A DNA stretch of 64,000 nucleotides from Octopus vulgaris. Taxonomy: Eukaryota. The position numbers and the translations under genes were made by a program. The notes beneath the pieces are model-generated. The model saw only the letters and a program-made list of their open reading frames with translations, ran no database searches and was not told where the DNA came from. How positions within the stretch are numbered: position 1 is the stretch's first letter; the number at the start of each line of letters is the position of its first letter. The stretch lies in NCBI GenBank assembly GCA_951406725.2, contig OX597817.1, positions 11,346,001-11,410,000 of the forward strand, written 5' to 3'. Below, in pieces: positions 12,385 to 24,733 of this stretch.

Positions 12385-13375
12385 ATAAAATGTAACAACA
12401 AAATAATTAGACCTCGATATTAGAGAAATAGAGGATTATTTATATTAGCTATAAATTAAAACAAACAGAATAAGTTTGTCATTATAGTACTCAGAGTTTT
12501 GAATGGCGGAGCGAAGAGCTACGATACATTCTCATAGGCTAATGATGGCAAATATTTTTATGTTTATATGACGATATGTTGATGGATAGATTTCTGTGTA
12601 CTATTGGTTTTCGATGAAACTTAACCAACCATAGTCGTAACTATTCATGTGGAATATATTGTGATAGGTAAGATACAAATTATCTAAGTAACATTACGAA
12701 ATGCAATCGCATTTTGTCTACTTAATTAGACTTAAGGGGAAAAAGTTAGACGACAGTGAAGTTCTTGTTATAGCTGAACGCTGGAAGCAAGTCGTTTTGC
12801 TGTATTGCTTAATGAAGCGTCATATATCGGAATGTTGTATGAAGATGGACAGTTTAATTCCATGAGATACTAAGAGACAGCCTACCGTTTAATTTCGAGA
12901 TATATTTGGATCGATATTTTACCCAGTTACTTGTTTCGAAGTTTAAACATAAATGTTTTTGATTGAGCAATATATGAAGTTTCGATTAATATTAACCTAT
13001 TTTCTCTTTGATGTAAGGTTAGCCATGCGCAACAGCTACAATAACATATCTGGTTTCTGTCATAGAGTTTTTCAACATGTGTTTGATCTCCATTAGTACG
13101 AAGCCTTTCCCATTTCGGTTTTCTCATTCAAGTGTCTATCCCTGTGGCCTCTGACACTCGTGTTCGCGTAAGTAGTTTCTATACTCACCATGGTGCATTT
13201 TTACTCGTTATCAGTCCTTCGCATCGATAACTCACTGTATCACAATTCGCGTGAAGTAGCACGGAAAATTCAATAAGTGTGTTGTTGCTTACCCTTCAGA
13301 GTATTCAATCTACTTCCATGGTGTCAATATCGACGGACACCATTAATCGGACCGGGTGCCTCTCCATCACAACGC

Positions 13376-13479
13376 CACAATGACCCATTTGACACTGTGA
13401 TCACAATGGCTCATTTGGCATCGTGACTACAATGGAATATTTGGCTCAGTGATCATAATGGTCCATTTGGCACTATGAT
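13376..13479. repeat. degenerate 26-bp minisatellite x4
   Basis: cacaatgacccatttgacactgtgat / cacaatggctcatttggcatcgtgac / tacaatggaatatttggctcagtgat / cataatggtccatttggcactatgat. Confidence 0.85.
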
Positions 13480-13932
13480 CGCTGTCTCGGATCAAAGTGA
13501 AACTACCAAAATGCAAGAGTAGATCCAAACTGGCATTCAATTGAGCGGAACTGGCGTTTCTTCTATTTGTGTCTGTTATCTCGAAAGAAACTGCGAAAAT
13601 TGATTGTCGAATTTCTGGAAATGTATAACGTGATAGATTTGTGTTCTCTCCGGACAAAAATTTTATGGAATTGTTTTTATGTAATTATGAATTTTATGCA
13701 ATTGTAGTTAAGCATTTCCCACAGCTAATTCCAAGTATTTGGATGTCAATCACACATTTACAACTGCAAGTGCAACACACAACTTTCTTTTTCCTATAAT
13801 GTAGACACGTAGCTATCTTTTTAACTGCATTGCCTTGTCGATTATATTAACCCTGTATTTGACAGGCACCTGTTTTATGAAACCTAGTAGGTTGAAAGGC
13901 AAAGTTGCTTCCCGTGGGATTTTAACTCAGAA

Positions 13933-14025
<93 letters not shown>

Positions 14026-14436
14026 GTAATGAAATACAGCAAAGAATGTTTTTCCTGCACTTTACCAAATCTGCCAATCATTTCGACGCCAATGAAGATA
14101 TTGTACATACTACTGCATGATATCAATGTCAAATTCAAAACAGACGTTTATTCAGTTATCAAGAGAGAAAAGTGATATTTCAGAAACAGTTTTGCATTAA
14201 TGTCTATGAACTGCTGCATAAGCGAATGAGTTACGAATGAACTAAATTGAAAAGATTTCTACAACAAAAATCGCAATTCTGCAGTCAAATGACTTCATTA
14301 TGCACACCTATAAAAAATAGATCTATTGAGAGACTCTCTGTAGTTGTTCGCCCAACTTAATATAGAAGACGAATATCCTTCAAATCACAAGCTACACAAA
14401 GAAGTACCTTCATATCTATGTATGTATGTATGTATG

Positions 14437-14549
<113 letters not shown>

Positions 14550-15115
14550 TTAAAACTACAAATTAGGGTATCTGAGAGATACCACCATGCTGAAATAGCA
14601 ATAAAAGCCTTGACCCTAAAACCACCTTAAATGTTCATATCGCGCCAGCGGAGAAGACAGAGAAACAAAAGAAACTAGCAAAAAAGATTTTACTGGATAA
14701 TTCAAGATCTTGGATTTCTGGCTTTGCTTCAGAGAAGCTCTGCCTTCTTCAGTTGAATATACCAGATAAGCACATAAATAAAGATATATATACACAGAAC
14801 ATACTTTATACTTACATATACGAACGCTCATACATACATATATATATATGCACGTATGTACAAGACTAGATTAAATTTCCCGCCAAATATCTCCAAGCGC
14901 GATATGGTCAAAATAAACACCGCAGTGAATACAATGACGAATTATATAAAATTATAAATAAGGATAATATCGATATTATCAAGTGGCCAGCATGGGAATA
15001 AGTACCATACAAAGGTAATAATTATTTAAAACTATAAATTAGGGTATCTGAGAGATACCACCATGCTTAAATAGCAATGGAAACCCTGACCCTAAAACCA
15101 CCTTAAATGTTCATA
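14550..15115 (-). mobile_element. Penelope-like pseudo-LTR structure with ~90-bp direct repeats (14550-14638, 15027-15115)
   Basis: AAATTAGGGTATCTGAGAGATACCACCATGCT..CCCTAAAACCACCTTAAATGTTCATA occurs twice, begins at a (TA)n tract and brackets a hammerhead motif. Confidence 0.6.
14700..14758 (-). ncRNA. type I hammerhead ribozyme motif (near canonical)
   Basis: Minus: attcaa-CTGAAGA-A-GGC..GCC-A-GAAA-TC-caa-GA-TC-ttgaat; 6-bp stem I, 3-bp stem III, AUC cleavage triplet; A.A mismatch at the base of stem II. Confidence 0.65.
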
Positions 15116-15180
15116 AATCTAAAATAGATTTGAGCTCAAAACTCATTGGTTCGTATTCCAGTATCATATCCAAAGAAATA

Positions 15181-15577
15181 TCTTTATATATAAAAGAGAA
15201 GTTGTGTGTCTGTCTCCTACGATTTAGATTCCTAACTACTCCCACATTTTGTGGTGCAGTTTAACCAAAAACCGGGTATCTTATTGTCGTGATTCATATC
15301 GAGCCCTTCTGGGTATTAGCGCGCGTCTACGATGAGTCTACGATTTAAAAAAAAATTTACCATAATTTTTTTCCATTTTAATGCCATTTTTTCGCTATTA
15401 TATAAGGGAAGTAACTCTCTAAAATGTCTACGATGAGTCAACGATTTAAAAAAAAATTACCATAATTTTTTTTCCATTTTTAATGCATTTTTTTGCTATT
15501 TTTTGCTATAACTCTCTAAAAATGCTTATATAGTTATTTCCCTTACAAACCCGAGCAACGCCGGGCGATACTGCTAG
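15181..15577 (+). mobile_element. non-autonomous Helitron
   Basis: A|TCTTTATATATAAAA ... CCCGAGCAACGCCGGGCGATACTGCTAG|T; internal tandem duplication of the TCTACGATGAGTC..TTTAATGC block. Confidence 0.85.
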
Positions 15578-16329
15578 TTAGATATATAGCGCTATTACAC
15601 AACATATCATTTACTGGAGTTACAAATTAGCATTCGGAAAATATTTAGAGGACCAGATAGAGATATGTTTCTGTCTGTTGCACTTGTTATATTTACGGCT
15701 ATTTGATATTTTGTTTTGTACAGAATACGTAGTATATGTGCACGAACTATATCTAACATCGACATCTGGCTACAGTTAATATATAATTTAATTGTGTTTC
15801 GATGGCTTCTGCAGGTGACCGAAGTAAATAATGTTTTCTTCAAAACTATGCTTCAGTGTGAAATTTTATATTTTCAGATTCAGAAGCAATCTTCAGAACA
15901 TAACTGTATTCTAACACAGAGATGTATGTACATATGTATTTATTCACAATTGCACATATATATAACACCAACGAACACATAGAAATATGTGTATTCGTGC
16001 GTGCGAGCGTGTGTGTGCGTACGCGCTCATCATTATATATTTGTAAGTTCCCCCACGTTTGTATGCAAAAGTATTCCTATTCGTATGCGTGTATGTATAT
16101 TTATATATGTGCTTTTATTGAGAGCGTATAAAATATATATATATATATGTATGTATATGTATATTCACATATGTAAATGCGTATATGTGTCTGTGTGTGT
16201 ATACATATGTGTATATGCATGTATGTGTATATATAACAGGGAGAGACAGAGTGAGAAAAAGGAGAGAAGGAAAGCGGAAAAAAAAGTAAAACAGAATTCA
16301 TAGGCATTTATGTTTATTGTATTTCAGAA

Positions 16330-16759
16330 AAATTATCAGCGATTTCGAAGTTTCGGATCTTTTCCTTTTGAACGGCACACAATTTCTAGTTAGCTAAACT
16401 CTTTAAAACTTCGTATACTGGTAGAATGTGTCAAAATAAAACATTTTTTTCTCTTGGCTTTCTTGATAAAATTGTAATTCGTTTGTTTAACGTAGTTTAA
16501 TTTTTCGAATTTTAACCAATGAATCGCCTCTAATTGAGCTAAAATCATTTGCTGCGTCTAAAACTGAGACAACATCCTGTCACTAACCCTAAACCTCACC
16601 CTAACCCTAACCCTAACCCTAAATTTTTTTCTTCTTAATTGTTAAATTAGTTTAATTGTTACGCGTGTAAAAAAAACGAAACCAATGGAAAATAATTTAA
16701 ACAATTAACAAGCAAAATAATTCTATAATTTTATATGCACGCTTTCCGTATACGTACGG

Positions 16760-16760
<1 letters not shown>
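16330..16760. repeat. unclassified interspersed repeat containing a short (CCCTAA)n tract (16590-16622)
   Basis: CTAACCCTAAACCTCACCCTAACCCTAACCCTAACCCTAA embedded in non-telomeric sequence. Confidence 0.4.
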
Positions 16761-16821
<61 letters not shown>

Positions 16822-16834
16822 CTGAGAGACAGAG

Positions 16835-17095
16835 AGTGGTTCATATGATCTAATCTTTCTGAGGCTCAGCGATTAAACATTGAAAATTTTGAACAACTTA
16901 TCGTCTACTAGTTTGTTAGCAACTGAATATCCTCAGATACGACCATCGAATCAGTCAGTTATCGACCTACACGTGGAAGAGTGAACGTGTGTTTTGTACT
17001 CTTGGAAATTTCTTGTCAGCTGAAAAATGAAAAGTCTAGAAGAGCAACGAGGATTTGTTGATTAAAATGTGGAAAAAACCTGGCAAAAACTGTTT
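16835..17095 (+). mobile_element. mariner-like 5' remnant
   Basis: ATCAGTCAGTT motif followed by an MKSLEEQR..IK....PGK-like transposase N-terminus. Confidence 0.45.
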
Positions 17096-18370
17096 ATGAC
17101 TTACTCCTTCCCCTAAAATTGCTAGCCGTCTACGAAAATTTGAAACCCTTATTAATATTAGTGCGTCAGGTAAAATGTTTTGAGATTGCTGTTTTGATTG
17201 TTTACGTTTTGTGTTGAAATTTTGCCGAGTTCAACTCAGCGATTGATAAAATAAAGTACCGGCCAAATACTTGGTTGGATGTAATCAGTTCATCCTTTCA
17301 TTCTAAAACCGCTGGCCTTGACCAAAAATCCGAAACAATTATCATTTTTATACTATTATACAATCATGTTATTTTCACTGAGTGCTTCTATTGCACCACC
17401 AATTGCAGCTCATTATGCCTTGAGTATAAACAGTATTTTGTTAGGAATTTCAGAAAAAAATCATATTGAAAGTATTCGATGTAGTATGTATGCTGTACTT
17501 GGTAATGCTAGTCTTTGGAGTTTTAGTTACGCATTTTTCTGTATGTTCTTTTAAAATCATTTCCAAATTATCTATTGTTAGAGATTGTTTGTGTCCTGCT
17601 CCTAAATTTTATTTAGCCTAATTTCCAGTTCCTTGTATTTGAACAATCTCTGCATTTCTTTTCTAGATACATTATATTTTGGGATTGACAAGTCACTCAG
17701 GAATAACTTACTTTCTTAATTCTCCCCCAGAACAATTACTAAAAGATGTTAATCTCCGTGGTTGATGTGATTGGTGTATACCAGAGTTTGCTCGCTTTGT
17801 CTGATCTCAGACGTTACTACCTCATTCTATTTATTATTATTTTTTGTTTGTTGTTTTCATAATGGTGGTATAACATATAAATTATATACTCCCCAAATCT
17901 GTCATGTCTGTAGGTATATTCTACTTTGGATAAGGTTGAGCAGCCAATGACAAAATGTACCTAATTAGTGAATTCTACTTCATCACATACCTTTGTAGTT
18001 TATGGAAGGAAAATCTCAGTTTTGAAGCATGTCAGTGCTGCTATTTTCTACGTTTATTTCTATTAATTTGTTTTGCTCGTATTGGCCACGCAATAACATT
18101 TTTACCATCATTTTAGTATTAGGTTCTGTAGTCTCGTTTTTAAACTTTTTTCAAACATATTGGTACTTCCTATCGTTGTTTCCCTTTGCTACCGTCTTTT
18201 TTGTTTTACTTCAACCTCTGTTTTGTATTTGTTAGCTTCTAAACTTTGTTTTGCTTACTTCATGTTAAGCAGGTATTTTCATAGGATTTCCATTGTTGTT
18301 TACAATCTGTTTCATTATCCTATAGAGGATAGTTTACAATTGCTTTCTAGTTGCAGAAAGAACCTACATT

Positions 18371-18774
18371 TACTCTTTTACTCTTTTACTTGTTTCAGTC
18401 ATTTGGACTGCGGCCATGCTGGAGCACCGCCTTTAATCGAGCAACTCGACCCCGGGACTTATTCTTTTTGTAAGCCCAGTACTTATTCTATCGGTCTCTT
18501 TTGCCGAACCACTAAGTAACGGGGACATAAACACACCAGCATCGGTAGTCAAGCAATGCTTGGGGGACAAACGAGACCCCCCCCCATATATATATATATA
18601 TATATATACATATATACGACAGGCTTCTTTCAGTTTCTGTCTACAAAATCCACTCACAAGGCATTGGTCGGCCCGGGGCTACAGCAGAAGACACTTTCCC
18701 AAGATGCCACGCAGTGGGTCTGAACCCGCGACCATGTGGTTGGTTAGCAAGCTACTTACCACACAGCCACTCCT
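18371..18774 (-). mobile_element. type A SINE (left member of a head-to-head pair)
   Basis: Full-length reverse complement copy. Confidence 0.9.
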
Positions 18775-18826
18775 CTTGCTTCGTAGTTTCTTGGTAATAC
18801 ATTTTGTGTTTAAATTAGAAAATTAT

Positions 18827-19248
18827 AGGCGCAGGAGTGGCTGTGTGGTAAGTTGCTTGTTAACCAACCACATGGTTCCGGGTTCAGTCCCACTGCGTGG
18901 CATCTTGGGCAAGTGTCTTCTGCTATAGCCCCGGGTCGACCAATGCCTTGTGAGTGGATTTGGTAGACGGAAACTGAAAGAAGCCTGTCGTATATATGTA
19001 TATATATATGTGTGTGTGTGTGTTTGTGTCTTTGTGTTTGTCCCCCTAGCATTGCCTGACAACCGATGCTGGTGTGTTTACGTCCCCGTCACTTAGCGGT
19101 TCGGCAAAAGAGACCGATAGAATAAGTACTGGGCTTACGAAGAATAAGTCCCGGGGTCGATTTGCTCGACTAAAGGCGGTGCCTCAGCATGGCCGCAGTC
19201 AAATGACTGAAACAAGTAAAAGAGTAAAAGAGTAAAAGAGTAAGAGTA
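18827..19248 (+). mobile_element. type A SINE (right member of a head-to-head pair)
   Basis: GGCGCAGGAGTGGCTGTGTGG head to (AGTAAAAG)n tail. Confidence 0.9.
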
Positions 19249-22200
19249 TTATAATTTCATATTATTTCTGCTATTCGTCACCTATTTTTTTCCATTTATC
19301 TTTGCTTTAAATGTTAATGCGTTTCTAATATTTCGTCTTTTCCATTTCATTGATTCTTAATTATTTTTCTTTTCTTTCCTCTAATTCCTTTATTTCTGTT
19401 ACTTTATCAATATAAATTTTAGTGTTCTTTATTAATTTTATTCTATTCAAAGTTGACAAAGCGAAATTTCAGCTCCCAGTCTCAAACTATTTCTTGCAGC
19501 AGATCCATGCAGTATCTGTAGCAGTGTTTCTCTTTGCTTATCATATGTAGAGTAAAATTTAGGCCTCCCGTATACAAAAGGTGCTTGTTTGTCTTCCAGC
19601 AGTATTTATATATGATTCCAGTCTGGTTTAACACGTTTATTAAGTGGCAGAAGAGGGATGGAGGTGAAAGTACCTTTAAAATGTTCATCTTATAAACCTA
19701 CTTTATTTTCCTTTATAAATAATTCTCTCTTTTGCCTCTATCAGTAGAGTTGTTTATCATTTACTCATGATGTGTTTAATGCATCGATTAGTTATTTGTT
19801 TTACTTAGTTAATTTTTCCGAGAAGGACGTGTGGGGGAACTATCAAAAGATTTCTTTATATTTGATTGATTTTTTCCAGTTCACTAAGCGACATATTACT
19901 ACTGTCGGGCGTAATATTTCTACAAAAGTAATACTTTGCAATAATAATAATCGGTAAACTCGATATTTTTAGCTATACAGAATAGCATAACTCAGTTATA
20001 GGCACTTTGTCATCCTTTCCGATATATGTTTATAGCATCCTTTTTCCTGTCATTATTGAATAAAGTTTCATTAGTTTCTAATGTGTCGTATTTGCATATG
20101 TATTCTCTCTGAGCTAAGACTGAGAAGCAAGAAATAATGTTCATCTTCCCTATATCTACATATGTGCAGATACTTTAGTAGATTCTGGTGGGAAGGCTCT
20201 ATACACTCTATAGCACTTAAAAAAAAATCCTGCGCTTTTCTACCAGTGCAAGCATTTTTTTCTCTCTTTTATTTTCGGAATTTTCAGGTATTTGATGGAA
20301 GGATTTTCTATCTATCTCTTTAGTATAACATTCTGTAACCTCATTTTTATCCCATATTTTAGTTTGTTGGTTTTTTTAAATCATCAAATGTTGACGTTTC
20401 TACTTTCTCTTCACAACAGTATGTCACCCAGTCTCTGATTTATATAAACTGTCTACCTTGGCGAGTTTTGTTCTTTTATTTTGTTCGTATTTTGAAGCTA
20501 TTTGAAAGAACTTCAAGAAGAATTAAGAAAAGATTAAGTACAGATATGAGTGGAGATGGGCTCCAGTTATGTAGAACATGCAAGAGGCAGACTACTGGTG
20601 AAAATAATCTTACCAGGTCTGGTAACTATGGTTTAATTTAGCTTCTGTTTTATATATATATATTTTTCCATTCTTGACATCAGAAATTAGTATTTTTTTT
20701 GTTTTGTTTTGTTTCATTTTTTTGTAGCTATTCGTACGAGTGTTCCACTCTTCCTCGCTAGATGTTGTATAATAGTTTTCTTTTTGCATAATGCTCCTAT
20801 CGCTCAGTATTCTTGGTAAATTTGATCTTCGTGTTTTCAATTTTCGCTTCTGTATCCTAAATACTGCGATTATTTTCCTGTTTCCTGTTTAGATTTCTTT
20901 TCCATTTTAATTAAGTTAACCCTGTAGAAACAATGCGAGAATAAAAGATGATATAATCTAAACCTAGACCGTCTTCTTTCACTTTCATAATTCTAATCCC
21001 AACTCTCTTTTAATATTGCTATAGGGTTGACTAATCAAATCCATATTTGATTGCTATGTTTTACCTTCCCTTGTAAAACGGAAGCTAGAGTTTATATTCA
21101 ATAAAATTTGAACTTTGACCCAAATCTAAATACCGCAAAGCATTTCGAATCAGCTCATCTGTCGCAATCGATCTAATGCCATTATTTGTAAACACTAAAA
21201 ATTTATTAACAGTTACAACATTATTTCTGTTGTTCAACTTCGATTGTTTTATTTCTGATAGCGCATATATTATTACACTTTTGTTGATGTTCAACTCATC
21301 ACTGTATCCTTAGCAACGGTTTGACTAGGACATATTTTCTTGTTAAATTTATATTTTCATAAGGCAAATAGTCACGCTAGTAAAAACTGAGCAGCACCAA
21401 TAGAGCTATTACACTTAAATCATACGCAATGTAGTATGGGCGCCCTTTATATTTGAAATTGAGCGTACAAGTTATTTCTAACGTGTATTTTGATAATTTA
21501 GGGTCAAAGAATTTCTACCAGAAATATGCAGACTTCTCACATATATACACACAGAGAAAGTGGCATGATATACATAATACATACATACATTTATGTATAT
21601 ATATACATACATATATATATTAAGACATACATACATATATATGCATATTTATATATGTTTCTGTGTGTGTATGCATGAGTGAGTGTGCATGTGTGCGTGT
21701 ATATGTAATTCAAACATATACATACATGTACTTAATATTTCTATTTATATATATATAGATATATATTTATTTATATACTGGCGGATGAGCAACGTTTACG
21801 CATCTACAAAGAGACACATATGTCTGTGTGCGTGCATGTGCGCGTTTGTGCGTGTATGTGTGTCTGCGTGCGTGTTATGTGTGTATATATGTATGTGTAA
21901 GCTATATTACTGATCTTTCCTTTTTTACATATATATATATTTTTTGTTTTTTTGTTTTTTTGGTAGGGGTACCGTCATTGGCATTTTACCGATGTTGACA
22001 TGTTATATATTGCCTGCCCCAGCTAGACAAGTGTACTTTCTGACACTGCAGCTCCAACAACAACAACAACAACAACAAGATATACAGCAAAAAGAAAACA
22101 GAAAAGCGGGAGGAGGAGGAGAAAAGAAAAAGAAGGACGAGAAGGAGGAGGAGGAGGAGGAGGATGAAAAATAAGGAATGATGACGATGAAGTAGATAGT

Positions 22201-22470
22201 AATGATGATGAAGTAGGAAAAATAAGAAACAAGAAAATAACGAAAAAGAAAAAGGAAATTACGATGAGAAAGAGCAGCAAAAGCAACGCACAGCATCAGT
22301 AAGAGCGACATCAACATCAAACGTTGACAGTAACAACCACAAGAAAGAGAACGCATGCGTAAATATGTAAATGTCTTTGCCTCTTACAATAACAGGAATA
22401 ACAATAACAGTAATGAGACCGAAATATTTCTATACGTTAGAAATAGCAGCCAATTACGTCTATAATCAGA

Positions 22471-22830
22471 CCCTTAAATCCTTAAATCCTTAAAAATGTT
22501 TTAGCCCGAAGGCCGCGGCCATGCTGGGGCACCACCGCTGAATGAGCTACACTAATATGTGAATCCACCTCTGATACGTGGCACTTGATCAACAAGGGAG
22601 TTCGATGCTGCTGCCCGCATCCGCGTCTCCTGTCGTGAGGTAGGTTCATCTAGGACTCCCGACAAGAAGAGATCCAGTTAAGTTTTAAAGAAACCCACAT
22701 CCACACCATGTAAGTCTCTCAGGCATTTAGGGAAGATGTTAAAGAGCTGTGGTCCTTTGAAACCCAAGCTGTTGCAGTATCTGGTCCTGTATTTTGATGG
22801 TGATGTTGGAATCTTTGGCACCGAATCAAA
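22471..22830 (-). pseudogene. 3' end of a CR1/L2-group LINE with (TTAAGGAT)n tail
   Basis: Minus: VPKIPTSPSKYRTRYCNSLGFKGPQLFNIFPKCLRDLHGVDVGFFKT*LDLFLSGVLDEP...RAAASNSLVDQ, then GGTGCCCCAGCATGGCCGC. Confidence 0.75.
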
Positions 22831-23039
22831 TTAATTTTCATCTCTTCTCTGTCTCACACAATACAGGATAAGTTCCCCGAGTCGCCATGTCATTTTTTTT
22901 CCCTTTCACAACACAACATACTCACTTTGTCCCGTTGTACGTTTCTTTTATTTTCAGTTTTGTTCATAAATCGCTTTCTGTATTACACAACTACCATAAT
23001 ATTTGTTACCTTATTTGAACACACCGAAGCATCAGAAAT

Positions 23040-24150
23040 AATCTTTTCCACTATAGCACAAGGCCTGAAATTTTAGGGGAAGAGCTAGTTGATTACATTT
23101 CTCCCAGTGCGAAACTGGTATTTATTTCATCGACACCGAAAGGAGGAGAGGTAAACCTGACTTCAGCGGAATTTGAACTTATAGCGTAAGGACGGACAAA
23201 ATACCTATTTCTTTACTGTCAACAAGGGCTACACGCAGAGGCGACAAACAAGGACAGACAAACGGATTAAGTCGATTATATCGACCCCAGTGCGTAACTG
23301 GTACTTATTTAATAAAAGGCGGCGAGCTGGCAGAAACGTTAGCACGTCGGGCGAATTGCGTAACCGTATTTCGTCTGCCGTTACGTTCTGAGTTCAAATT
23401 CCGCCGAGGTCGACTTTGCCTTTCATCCTTTCTGGGTCGATAAATTAAGTACAAGTTACGCACTGGGGTCGATATAATCGACTTAATCCGTTTGTCTGTC
23501 CTTGTCTGTCCCCTCTGAGTTTAGCCCCTTGTGGGTAGTAAAGAAATAGGTACTTATTTAATCGACCCCGAAAGGATGAAAGGCAAAGTCGACCTCCGCG
23601 GAATTTGAACTCAGAACGTAGCGGCAGACGAAATACCGCAAATCATTTTGCTCGGTCTGATAACGATTCTGCCTACTCACTGCTTTAAGCATCAGAAACA
23701 ATATAAGCCGTATACGTGGAATATTAATATTTAGTTGCTTATCAAAGCGCCGAGCTGGCAGAATCGTTAGCACGCCGGGCAAAGTGATAACAGTACTATG
23801 TTTGCCTTCACAGTCTGACTTCAAATTCTGCCGAGGTCGACTTTACCTGATATTCCTTTCGAGGTCGATAAAAAAAGTACCAGTTGGACCTTGGGGTCGA
23901 TATAATCGGTTTATCTATCCGCCTGAAATTGTTGGCCTTGTGACAAAATTTGCAGCTAATATTTATTTGCTTACTCAGACGGTGAGCTGGCAGAATCGTT
24001 ATCACGCCGGGCAAAATGATTAGTGGCATTTCGTCCATCTTCGCGTTCTGAGTTCCGCCGAGGTCGACTTTACCCTTTACCTTGCATCTTTTCGGAGTCA
24101 ATAAAATGAGTACCAAAATTTCTGGTCTTCTGTCAAATTTTGAAAGTAAT
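23040..24150. mobile_element. cluster of type D SINEs; plus-strand copy 23314-23548 inserted in a minus-strand copy; further plus copies at 23745-23960 and 23980-24150
   Basis: 14-bp duplication GGTACTTATTTAAT at 23300-23313 and 23549-23562. Confidence 0.85.
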
Positions 24151-24329
24151 ATTTAGTTGCTTATCTTTGCATTCTGATTTCGATCTCCAAGCCCGGAGAA
24201 GACTGTTTCAATCTGCTTTCAAGAGAATAACCACTACTCATGGTCAATTCAATCGACTGACGTATGCGAATGCGTAGCTTTGTACTCATTCAAGAAATAA
24301 TAATGTTGATGACAACAGATGTGTGTCGA

Positions 24330-24733
24330 CTGGCATTTTACAAACAACAGAGTGGGGGTGGCCAGCAAGGAAGGCAAAAAATAACTAAAAATAGATGCCT
24401 AAATAAAGAGAGAAGGGATAAAGGGTAAAGAAAAAAAAGGATAAAATTTAAATAATTAAAAATTAAAAAGTAAAAAGTAAAAGATTATAGATTAAAAATT
24501 AAAAAGATTATTGCATCTAGCTAGCTTCTAAAATACTTATGCTGATAGATGTAAGAAAAGAAAAAAGACGTGTTGTAACGACTGATGATGTATATAGGCA
24601 AGTGTTATGTGTGTTGATTTTGCTTACATTTGGAACTATGGAAGAATCTAAAGTTACGATAGAGCTTATGATTACATGTAGAGAATACTTCATGCTGTTT
24701 ATTGAGTAATTGTGCTGAATCATGGATTAATAT
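24330..24733 (-). pseudogene. Penelope-like element, GIY-YIG C-terminus and 3' region (left part)
   Basis: Minus from 24733: ILIHDSAQLLNKQHEVFSTCNHKLY, the LNKR.E..S.C.H motif of Neptune/Naiad-type Penelope endonucleases. Confidence 0.75.

Larger units (their letters stand above)
17560..20990 (-). pseudogene. decayed R4/Dong-clade LINE interrupted by two SINEs
   Basis: Minus: LSPPSLFCHL..LNQTG and HLLYTGGL (degenerate HLLYMDDL) near 19500-19690; HFVIGCSTLSKVEYTYRHD near 17900; SDLSIP and KYKELE near 17620-17700. Confidence 0.7.

Noticed and set aside
16590-16622. (CCCTAA)n as a telomere or fusion site
   Set aside because: Only about five imperfect units inside an interspersed repeat
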